From the human T2T-CHM13v2.0 reference genome, Homo sapiens: DNA of 64,000 nucleotides. Under the pieces are notes generated by a model. That model did no database searches and was not told the DNA's origin. It was given only the letters and a program-made list of their open reading frames with translations. How positions within the stretch are numbered: position 1 is the first letter of the stretch; each line of letters opens with the position of its first letter. The stretch is from NCBI RefSeq assembly GCF_009914755.1, contig NC_060938.1; one strand, 5' to 3'. A program made the position numbers and the translations under genes. Shown in pieces: positions 53,385 to 64,000 of the stretch.

Positions 53385-56022
53385 AACGGAGGCTGATTAC
53401 TGTTCACTAGTAGCCATTGTTCCTTTTAGTAACAGAAACCTCAAGATGTAGCTGGGCGTGTGGTTTCCCAGCTACAGATTCCATTTTTCAGGTAGCTTGT
53501 TGCTGCTAAGGGATGAACATGGGCCAATGGGATGTAAGCGGAAATGATGCTTATAATTCCCAGGTCATCTTCTTAAAGACACTAGTCCTAGACATGATCT
53601 TTGCCAACCCCTTCTACTAAGCAGGATGAGGCAATGACTGGAAGAACCTAAGAAGCCGTGCATGCTGAAAATGGTAGAAATGCCCCACTAGTTCTAGACC
53701 ATTCACCTCTAAATTGCTATGTAAGAGAAGTAAACTTTTGTCTTATTTACCCCACTGTTTTTGGAGGTCTCTGTGTATAGCAGTTTAACCTACATCCTAA
53801 TGAGCATACGAATTAGCACTGAGAGTAGGAAATTGGTGCAACGAAAACATCACCTATGTTTAAATATATATGTGTATATATAATGGCATATATATGTCTG
53901 TATGTGTATCTACATGTATATAGATACATGTAGCCAGATACAGATGCTGAAGCTGGGAAGCTGCTGACCTTGTTATATTATGGGCTGACATGGAAGGTAG
54001 ATTACAAATGTACTGAGTCTACAGCTGTGGGAACTTGGTTGGGAAAGGTCAGAATGTTGTGATGTGATAGCTGCCATTGCTGCTTTTATTATATATGAGA
54101 AATCTGAGCTCAAGCAAGAACTTTCCAGTTGGCAAGAAGAAACTAGGGGAAAATCTGCTAGAAGAGGTTCTCAACCTGTAGCCTGTAATCAGTTAAATGA
54201 GAAGCATGAAATTTGGGATTTCACAGGTTGGAAAAACCAAATGCTTTTGTACCTCCCAGAAAATACCAAGAAATAAGAATGTGACTGGGAGCTGTCCCAG
54301 CTGCGAAAATAAGATTAAATTTATCCTTTCAGATGACCTTAGAATAGCTAACTCTAAATTAAAAGACAGAAAAGCAGACTGAGTACAGAATCTGGTAAAC
54401 AAATGAGGAGATTTGACAGGTTTGAGAACCATGACCAGAAGAGATTTTTGTGTGTGGCTATTTTCACATAGAATTGCTGGGAACAAATAGGCCTGAAGCT
54501 TACTAAGTTTCTGAAGGAATTGTGTTGCCAAATAAATTCTAAGCCAGGTGTATTAGTTTCCTGTGACGACTGTAACAAATTACCACAAACTTGGTGGCTT
54601 AAAACAACAGAAATGTATTCTTTCACAGTTCTGCAGACCCAAAGTCCAAAATCAAGGTGCCAGCAGGGCTGGTTTCTCTGGAGCCTCTCAGAGAGAATCT
54701 AGTTCATGCCTTTCTCCTGGCTTCTGACAGTTACTGGCAATCCTTGGCTTTCTTTGGCTGTTGGATGCATCACTTGCACTTCTGCCACCATCTTCACATC
54801 CATTCTCCTCCTCTGTGTGTCATTTCCTTCTATTTCTCTTAGAGTGATATTTGGGATTTGATTTAGAATCCACTCAAATAATCCAGGATAATCTCCACTT
54901 GTCAAGATCCTCAATTATATCTGCAAAGACTCTTTTTCCTCAGAAGGCAACATTCACTGATTCCAAAACTTAGGACCTGATATCTTCAGGGGACAATTAT
55001 TCAGTCAGTTACATGAGACCCAAATAAACTTTTGATTTCATCATTAAAGTAACCATCAGATAGTTCTGCACCAGCAAGAAGCTGGCTGCCAAAGCTGAAC
55101 GATGCCCAAGAGAGCACAATCTGCAACACCTTCTTCCAATGTGCCCAAGGAGGATAACAGAAGAACATCCCAGAGGCAGAGCCAATGACAAAGGGATTGA
55201 GTGAATCCAGGAACAGAGGTGGAAAGATGGGCCCACAAAGAAACTCATCCTCATATCAGGGCAGGGAAGTCTCACAATATCTACCCAGTAGGATCTGAGA
55301 AATGCTCTGGACCAATAACTGCGAGATACTTCCACACTTCCCTCTTGAATGTGGAACTTTTAATTATCCTATGGCTGCTCCCCATTGTACATCTGGTATT
55401 GGGAGCATGTAGGAAGACACCTGGCCTTTCAGTTTATAATTTGGTGAACCTCAGACAGCTGCAACAAGACCTGCTGGAGAGGTTAGGTATCAGCCCCAAG
55501 ATCCTAGATTTTTGAGCTGGGTGAAGTAACTGTATTGGATTTATCACTATCTCTCTTGCAGAGGGGTGTATGTTCTATGCAGAGGAGAAAGATCAATAGG
55601 GATATTTAAATGACAAGAGAGGGAGATCATGGTGAAGTCTTCTGTCACCCCTTCTTCCTCAGAATAATAGAGCCCCTAGAACTTCAACGGGCCGTGGCCA
55701 TCCACCTACAAATTACATTTTCTAATCTCTCTTGCAGTGAAGTGTAGTGGTGTGAGTAAATGTAAAACAATAGAATATAAGTGTAAGTAATAGACATAAC
55801 TTCCAGTCCTTAATTCTTTCTGTCTGTACTTCCTTTTACCTTCTTTCTACTGGCAAGGAAATGGCGACAATAGTGCCACCACTAAATCTTATGTTGGGAT
55901 AGCAAAGCCACCCCACCAGCCCTTCAGCCCTGGATCACTTATTTCTAGGCTATTATGAGAGACAGAAATAAACTACTTATTTCTAATCTTTTTGCTAAAT
56001 GGCTTAGCCTAACATTAACAAA
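53385..56022 (+). mobile_element. Ancient MLT1 (H/J-like) LTR-internal-LTR structure
   Basis: 5' LTR ~53385-53808, internal part starting 'gaattagcactgagagtagg', similar 3' LTR ~55628-56022. Confidence 0.65.
54549..55012 (-). mobile_element. MLT1B/C-like solo LTR nested in the older MLT1 internal region
   Basis: 'tgtattagtttcctgtg...acaaattaccacaaacttggtggcttaaaacaacagaaatgtattc...ataatccaggataatctcc'. Confidence 0.9.
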
Positions 56023-56857
56023 TTTAAGTTTCATCTAGCTTTCAAGAGCCCTAGTGCAAAACTATGTTTGACATTCCAAGAAAAGTAATAGGAAAGATGC
56101 ACATACTGGAAGATCATGAGCATTCTCATGAATACAAACATATACTCATTGCTACTTTAAGAACTAGAAGTCATAATCTTCCCTAAAAACATACCTGATT
56201 AATTTTTCATTCACACACACACAAGAAAACAGAATTTGCCTTATTAAGCTGAAGACTTGCATTTGAAGCAAAATATATGGACATCATGTTGAATATCTAC
56301 CTGGCAAAAGCACATCACTGCTTAAAAAGGAACTTTACTACTACATGAGAAAAAACAGTCAGACTGTAAGAATTTCACTGGGTAAAAATGTTCCTCAGTA
56401 ATGCAGCTATGCTTCACTTTCCCAAAGATAATGGTAAGACACTTGGAATTATTATCCTGGATGTGGCAGATCATTATGATACAGTTTTACTCTAATCCTG
56501 TTCAACACTGCTCACTAAAATAATGATAAATATGCCAAATGGTAGTACATTTGCAGAATAAAAGTTACTTCTCTCCAGCTTAAACAGAGGTAGAGTTATA
56601 CTCAGCCTCCTGCAGACACCATATTCTGAGTTTGTAAAGATCAAAGATTATGTTAAAAGTGTCTCTATACCCCAATAGTGCTTTCTCCAGAGAAGATGCA
56701 AGAAAAAAAATCAACAATCTACTCTTTAATTTTCTCTGTTATGATGGTACACAAATCTCCACTTTAAAATCAGAGTAAATACACTATGATTTTCTTTGAC
56801 CTTCCTGCATAAAAGAAATAAATCCAGGAATAATAAAAGGCATTTGAGGCTATATAA

Positions 56858-56898
56858 GTGTGTGGGCGTGTGTGTGTGTCTGTGTGTATGTGGTGTGT
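56858..56898. repeat. Imperfect (TG)n
   Basis: gtgtgtgggcgtgtgtgtgtgtctgtgtgtatgtggtgtgt. Confidence 0.8.
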
Positions 56899-57335
56899 CT
56901 TGTCAAAAGAAAAAAGAAGCCGATGAAGTTTGAGGGTTTAGACTGCGGCAACCCAAGGATATATGGGAACGTTCCTGAGGGAAGATGACAAGGTGATTTT
57001 TTACAGAAATGTCAAGTACAGATTAAATTCAGAGTCACTCTGCTCTTAATATAATAGTTGTCATAAACAAGGAGGTATGAGTTATCAGCTGTTCACATAA
57101 GCAGCTTTAGAGAATCATGGAAACAAAGATTAAATGGATATAATTTATAATCTGGGCTCTCTACAATCCTAGGGCTTTGAGTACTGAACTTCTGCTGAGC
57201 CTCTGGGCGGGCCTCATTACTGACCTTCACCACAACACTGGTTAACACTGTGCTGTCTTTGATATTGACCTATTATTCCTCAGAGTAATACACAATAATG
57301 CAAATGCAATTTTTTGAATTTTCAATTCCCCTTAC

Positions 57336-57345
57336 AAGACTTTCA
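57336..57345 (-). CDS. 10-nt microexon candidate TGAAAGTCTT
   Basis: 'actgcatgctgtttctccttttctgatttttacag|TGAAAGTCTT|gtaagg'; upstream TGCATG at 57373-57378 (minus). Confidence 0.55.
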
Positions 57346-57844
57346 CTGTAAAAATCAGAAAAGGAGAAACAGCATGCAGTTTGCTCTGTAAGCACATGGC
57401 AGACAGACGTATCACAGTTGGCCATTGCATTTACCTTTTTAGTATGCAGTAGCCAATTTCTCTGTTGCGTGTGTGTATTACAAGTGAATATATACAAAAA
57501 TATAAAAATGGACTATATCAGTTTCTCTTTCCTGACATAATAAGCCAAGATATAAAAATAATGCAATGGAAATGTTAACACCCTGTTACTCTACTTTAAA
57601 AAATCACCTTTTCCTTCTCTAAATTATTAAATCAAATTATAAATGGTGAGTTTTTATATTATAGCATCTCTTCCCAAATGTGATACATGGCTTTTTACTT
57701 CCTAAGGGTGAATTTTTTCTACTTTATAAAATGTTTACTTATGTATATGATAGTGCCTAAGTAGGAGAAATTACATTAATCCAAACATAAATTCCTATTA
57801 TGTGAAACAAATTCCTATTAAAGAGCATAATAACTACAACTACC

Positions 57845-58070
57845 AGTTCTAGAGTCAGGTTTTCTGAAATTAAATCTCAGCTTCCCCATCTAATAGCTAT
57901 GTAACTTTAGGCAATTTAGTTAACCTCCCTGAGTTTCTTTTTCCTTGTCTCAACAAAAGACATATCAATAAAGTCTCCATGTGCTTTGAGGATCAAATGA
58001 AATGAGGCATCCTAACTAGCAAAATGCTCAGGAGTTAGTAAATTCTCAGTACGTGTTACCTATTATTATC
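57845..58070 (+). mobile_element. MIR
   Basis: 'ctaatagctatgtaactttaggcaatttagttaacctccctgagttt'. Confidence 0.8.
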
Positions 58071-60296
58071 ATCAAGATGTTTACCTTGTTATTGCTACAC
58101 GTAGGGAAAAAATTTATTGTTATAGTCAGGCAGAAAGAGTTATGTAAACATCCTGCAAAGTGACAAAAAATGAATTCCTCCTTCTTTATCACCGCTAAAC
58201 AGGACCAAAAAGAACTAATCATTATATGTGTGTATAATTGCTATGTGACATAAAAAATATTTTAAAACATCCAAGTTGTCCTCAAGGTACTCCAGTTGGA
58301 AAATGAACATATACGGTAAATGTTCACCTTTACTTTTGGGCCATTTTAAGCATACATCTGTATTCGTGTTCTGTGGGGGAACAAAGAGAACCTCCTTTCT
58401 GTGGGCAGTCATTCCCAAAGCTTGTTCTCTCTCAGAGTCTTTGTATTTGGAATATTCCTTCCCCACCATAGGTTTTGTTTCCTTGGTATTCTACTTTCAA
58501 ATCACACTCTAAAATACTATTTCCAGAATAATGGCATTTGGCTTTCATCACCGTGCAAACTTTATTTCTCTGTACTGTGACCCCTCCTTTTTTCCTGTGA
58601 CCTTTTCAGGGCATAATCATCCCCTCACTCACCCAAGCTGAAAAATTTGGAGTCACCCTCAACTTATTTGTCCCTCATCTCAGCACATGTACTTATCAAA
58701 TCCAATCCAGTCCACTACCAAAATATTTATTAATGGGATCCCTATTTACCCGATACCCACTGCCCAGGAAAAAACTACTACTAAATTATTTTATAAATGT
58801 TCTTCCTTCACTTAAAATATTGCAATATTTTCTAATTTCCTTACTGCTCTGCATATATCCCATTTCTTGTATATTTTTCTATTGTTTCAGTATGTTTGGT
58901 ATTAATTGTATACAACCATAGGCTCAATTTTGATTGAATTTAGATACTCATAACTTGTATTTCTCTCACATCACTAAAATGCTTCAAGAATGTGATGAAA
59001 GTTATGTATTTAACAACACAGTAGCCTCTGATGATTAAACCCACATATATACAAGAGCCAGTACGGGTCAACTCTCAAATGTGTATTAGTCAGAAATCAG
59101 CCTGCCCTCAAAGCACATTATAATATGCCCATTCTTAATAACTTGATACTGATATCAAATATAAAACTGCTTAATAGTCAACTTCCCATTGGGATTTTAA
59201 TTTTTAAAAGAGACAAGATCCTCAATATATCTAATGGTTTAAAAACTGTGGATTTGGCAGCCAAAAATATTCCCATTCATATGTGTTTATATCGACTGAA
59301 TCTGTTAATACAACATGAGCATAAAATCGTTTAAAAAAAGGACCTAAAGGACAACCTCATGTTAAAAGACAATGAGAGCTAAATGAAATCAGACACTTTG
59401 TTCCACGTGAAGATGGTGTATTTATCTTTGGTAAAACTTTTGCTCTAAAGAAATGTTTAATTTTTCAAACAGATGCAGAAATTCAGAAAGGTTGATATTT
59501 TGCAAATGATGTGAAGAGTTGTGGTAATGGTTTACCACAAGTTGATAAGAATTTTAGAGCAGTTCTCCTGAACATAGTCCATCTTCCCTCACATTAGTAT
59601 CATTTATAGCATCCAAAATGCATTTGAATTCAGCAGACTTCCTGGAACCCCAGAAGGGAGTCATTACATATCTTTCCCAAAGTTAATGTCTTTTTATTTG
59701 CATAAAAATACGATTCCATCACAGCTTCCAATCAGAGGTGATCAGAGAGCATTGTGGATGTCTCATCTAAAGATTTTTATACCTGAATAGATCATGAAAA
59801 TGGAGCTTCACATTCATTGTTGACCTTTTGCCTTTTATCATTGAATTACACACACTACGAAAGAATATACAAGCTTAGAAAAAACATCTTTTACAAAGAC
59901 ACCAGAGCTTATCCGGAGGACAGATCCTATGATGTGTTTTGTAACAAAATACCATCAGCCTTTTTTTCAAAGTCAGGAGGAATGTCTACACAGATTCCAA
60001 TGATGGAAAGTGTTTCAAAATATGACCTCTTAAATTTCAGCTCTACATAGGTACTAGAATTCCCGTTTTAGGTAACTGTAGAAAGCTGGCAACCACAATA
60101 CTTTGATCTTTTCCTTGTTGCCTACCTGTAGGAAGATACAAAATAGTTAAACTGATGAGTGCTTAGATGAACCATCTGGGCTGAGACTCCCAGAGCAGGA
60201 CTAACTTCGATTTCCTGAACTTCAGTCCTAGGCAGAACGTTAACAGAGAGTGAAAGGCATTATATTTATTCACTCATTTGGGAATGCTTTACTGAG

Positions 60297-60418
60297 AGGG
60301 TGACCATAGGTCCTGGGTTGCTTGAGACAATCACTTTTTATACGTATTGTCCTGGTATCGTTATTAATAGTGTTCCCTCAAAGAGACTTCTTTGGGCAAC
60401 AAATTATGTGGTAACCTT
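60297..60418. mobile_element. MER94-like hAT-Blackjack MITE
   Basis: TIR-like ends 'agggtgaccata' and 'tgtggtaacctt', ~120 bp, sitting in a reverse L2 tail. Confidence 0.7.
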
Positions 60419-61164
60419 TTTAACATAAGGCTTCATATATGCCAGGTAAGTTTTGAGTTTCAGGTAATGCTCAAAAGTCTTTTGCTCGAGGAATAAAACC
60501 CTTTTTGTTGCCTAAAATCACGGAAGCAACAGTCAGTCACACAGGAGTATTATCTGAGGCAGTTTGTAAGGCAATACCTGGTGTGCCCAGGCCTTGCCGG
60601 TAAGGGAAGCCTATGAATACTAGTGCAGAAAAACAGCCAGGCCAATATGGATTAAGGAGACAAAATAGATTGCAGGCTGACTAGGACAGCTCAGGATTGA
60701 GATTATGTAGAAAATAACTTATCTGGTTACTCAGAGATAAGGGTTTTATCTTGTTAAAACCCTAGAGATGATGGGTTAATATTTTTAAAAAGAATCACAC
60801 TGTAATTATGCCTACATGTTATTAGTATTTCATTTAGCATATATACGTGCTTCAGTGAGATATTAGCTAATGTGTCCTGTACCTGGTTTATCTACAGTGT
60901 TTAATAGTTCAGCCCGAAGATCCTCTCTGCTGCTTGTTTTCCCACTAAAATATTAAGCTCTGAAATCCTTAAATGCAGGTCCGTGTTTAAGCTCACATCA
61001 GCAAAACAATCTTAGATGCCAAGCAACACGCAGTCTTCTTAGGGCAAAAATGATAATGAAACCTATGAGCATGTTAGGTCCAGAATCATGGTTACCAGGG
61101 ATATTCTTCTAGGGAATCTAGGAGGATAGTTTTGCCCCTAGATGTTTGAAATTAGGAGCTGCTG

Positions 61165-61350
61165 CATAATGTATTAGAAAATGCATGGAATTTACAATCA
61201 GAAAATTTGGACTTGGGTCCTATGTACTAACTAAATGAGCTCAATTCAATTTCTTACCTCTCTGAACATCATATTCTCAGAAAGAATACCCAGATGAGAA
61301 TTATGCTGATTTCACAGGGTTATTTTTAGGATCACATGAGTTGAAGTACA
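61165..61350 (+). mobile_element. MIR
   Basis: 'gcataatgtattagaaaatgcatggaattt...ggacttgggtcc...tcacagggttatttttaggatcacatgag'. Confidence 0.7.
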
Positions 61351-62644
61351 ATCATGGAATAGAAGATGCTAGCAACAAAGGTAGGACGGCTAGTACACCC
61401 TTATTCTCTTCATCCCATGTCTAAAACTCCTTTCAAATTGGTCAGACCTCAACTGTATCAAAGATATTTCTTTCTTCCCTTGCTCATTTATTTTCTTTAT
61501 CATTGCTGGCATATGGGCAAAAAGAAAAGTGGTCATGTCAGCACACACAAATTTCTTTTTGCCACATTCAATTCTTTATTTTTTGTTGAATCCAGTTAAC
61601 TCTGCTCTTGGGTTTATTAATAATATAATTAATGGCAATTGTCTAAACACTTTGCTTCTCAGCTATTTGTTTTATTGCCATGAGGAAAAAACCATACTTG
61701 ATTTTTATCTCCTTTCTAAGAGCAAAGATTTTTCAAATAATCAAATGAAGCCAGTATGGTTCTGTAGTCTAAGGATGTCTCATGTCTTTCCTGAGGAGTG
61801 CACAGTTAGCGGCTGCTCACAAAGTAACTGGGAGTAAGTGCATTGATTCAGATGCTTCATGACTATCTGCCCCATATTTTATTTCAAATGACATCTCCAC
61901 CTGCCAATAAATAATCCAATGGTCGTTTTATGTTCCATTCTAGAAACCAATTTTTTTCTTTTTTTCAACATATGGAAGAATACTCACGGTTGAGAATATG
62001 AATTATTAAATAAAAAATTAGAAATTAAGATAGGAATTGAGAAAATTAAAAAGTCATTTCAATATCTAAGAAGGAGAAAATAATTTCAAACCACTAATCT
62101 TTAGAAGGCAAAACCAAAGCTTCATTTTACAAACTTCCCTTCTACCCTGTTACTTAACTAACTGTCTAAATACTCAATGTCTGAATTTCTACAGTGGTTG
62201 AAAAGCTGTGCTCAACTACTACGACGCAAATCTTCAGAATTAGTTCTTGATTATTTTCCTGAAAGGCTCAAGCTTAATACTAATTCTCTGGTTCATCCTT
62301 AACATTTCTATAGGAAATTGATAGATATCAATATTAACATTTCATAAATTTTACAAAATCTTTAAGATAGTGACACACTTACACTACTACTAGTGAATAG
62401 ATCCCAACCAGCCCAAGGGAAATTCCCTATGTTGCTTTAGGCCACAGTCATCATTAATAGAGTTATAACGTATCTTAAATTTAAACTTTATAGTTAGCAA
62501 TTAAAGTTACTCAAAAGTGTCAAGGAAGTGATGTTAAGCTACCAGGGCATGACTGACTACAGAAGATTTAGAGATAAATCTGAAACTGGAAAGTTGACAA
62601 AGACACATGTTAAATTTTTTTATATTTTTTATAGTTATGTAGGC

Positions 62645-62880
62645 ATTCATTTTTTTCAACAAACATTTTCTAAATGCCTACTTTGTGCCAAGCATCATTT
62701 TAGATCATTAGGATGTATCCGTTAACAAAATTCCTGCCCGGAAGGAGCTCAAATTTTACTAGGTGGGGACAGACAATCCACAATATATATAATAAAATAA
62801 ATAAAATGTATACTATCTTACAAGTTTATGAATGCAATGAAAATAAAAATGAAGATCAAGATTGTTGGATAGTATGGGGA
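62645..62880 (-). mobile_element. L2 3' fragment
   Basis: 'cattcat...caacaaacattttctaaatgcctactttgtgccaagca'. Confidence 0.8.
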
Positions 62881-63125
62881 AGAATATTTTTATCTTTCAT
62901 CAATTGTATTGTATGTACACCAAGAAACAGCTAATACTTAAAAATCATTATTACAAGTACCATTTGTTTCTTGCAAATATTCATTGGCTTTTATAGTACA
63001 AAATTGTCCATTTTCCCTACATCTCTTAAGTGTATTTGTAATTGGAATAAAATATACAGCTACAAAAGAAAAAAAGAGAAACATATGTCATCTTAAATCT
63101 GTTGGTATCTATTTCATTCCAAAGG

Positions 63126-63230
63126 TGATGTCACGTCATTCAAATTAATAAAATTATGTTCTGACACTGTATACTAAAAACAATATCTGTAATCTCAGGG
63201 AAAAGCAGCTGCTGCTTTAAAACAGCTGTT
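63126..63230. promoter_or_regulatory. Candidate enhancer: CRE/E-box hybrid plus paired CAGCTG E-boxes
   Basis: GTCACGTCA at 63130-63138, GCAGCTGC at 63205-63212, palindromic AACAGCTGTT at 63221-63230, in unique sequence. Confidence 0.4.
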
Positions 63231-64000
63231 GACCTAGTGTGGAACCAATTTATTTCCATTGATGTCGTAACTATGAGAGCTTCAATAACATTCCAACGTA
63301 GCTATACAACCATGTTTATTTTGTAGGTGACTGTTGCTTTAATTGCAGAAGTACATTTTCTTTTACATGTCTCTAGTGACTCCATTGTTACAGAAAAAAT
63401 GGTGAGCAGCAACAACCAGAGGATGTTAGCCACAATAATTGAAGCTCTATGCATATTCTCCATCTCTCTGCAAAACTGCATTTGTTTCTCACTTAGAATT
63501 CAAGAAACATTAATGGAATGCCTACTAAATTTCAGGATTTTTGCAAGAATATAATGTTGAACAAATTAGGTTCCTTATCCTCAAGCAACTCTCTCTTAGA
63601 AAGGTTTGCAAAATGCATAAATAGCTGTAAATCCAAAAGATATCTGTAATTGGATAAACACACTAGATATTTTGAACTGTATTCTGATTTGGCCATTGTT
63701 ATGTAGCATCCTAGATCTCAGAAATGTCACTCTAAGCTTCTTGGGCCTATTATTTTTATTTGCTTAATTTTTCTTTTTCATATCACACTTGCAATTTTGA
63801 AATTTGCAATAGTGAATCAAGATATAGAAAGAGTATACTTATGAGTATACTTATGAGTAGAGCAGGCAGGCAAGCAAGACACACCTTTGTAAAGACCACC
63901 CTGTACAATAATGAACAGTAAGGAAAAGAAGGGATTAGAAAAAGGAATGTATTTATTGGTAGCTTAGTAAGAACAAGGTCACCAATCAAAATAGAGGCTT

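Noticed and set aside
61975-62080. Minus-strand donor-like ACC|gtgagta
   Set aside because: No plausible exon body or nearby acceptor; the upstream sequence is intron-like AT-rich DNA.

Overview
Eukaryotic, AT-rich and CpG-poor genomic DNA, almost certainly human: it carries an Alu with the AluYa5 diagnostic bases. Much of it is recognisable interspersed repeat (Alu, L1PA/L1M, L2, MIR, MaLR/ERVL LTRs, hAT/Tigger DNA transposons) plus microsatellites. None of the ORFs in the supplied track is a credible intact gene, and there are no prokaryotic features (operons, CRISPR, rRNA/tRNA). The main non-repeat signal, which the ORF track cannot show, is a chain of very short minus-strand exon candidates with canonical splice sites. 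They are 10 nt at 57336-57345, 27 nt at 46069-46095, 19/39 nt at 42151-42169/42189, 14 nt at 39582-39595 and 28 nt at 35213-35240. Competing terminal acceptors lie at 35803, 32481 and 32358, with AATAAA signals near 32.1-32.3 kb. This looks like the 3' end of a large minus-strand gene that could build alternative short C-termini from frame-shifting microexons. I could not identify the gene, so no symbol is given, and exon usage is inferred from sequence only. Repeat subfamily names come from remembered consensus motifs, and repeat boundaries are approximate unless a TSD is quoted.
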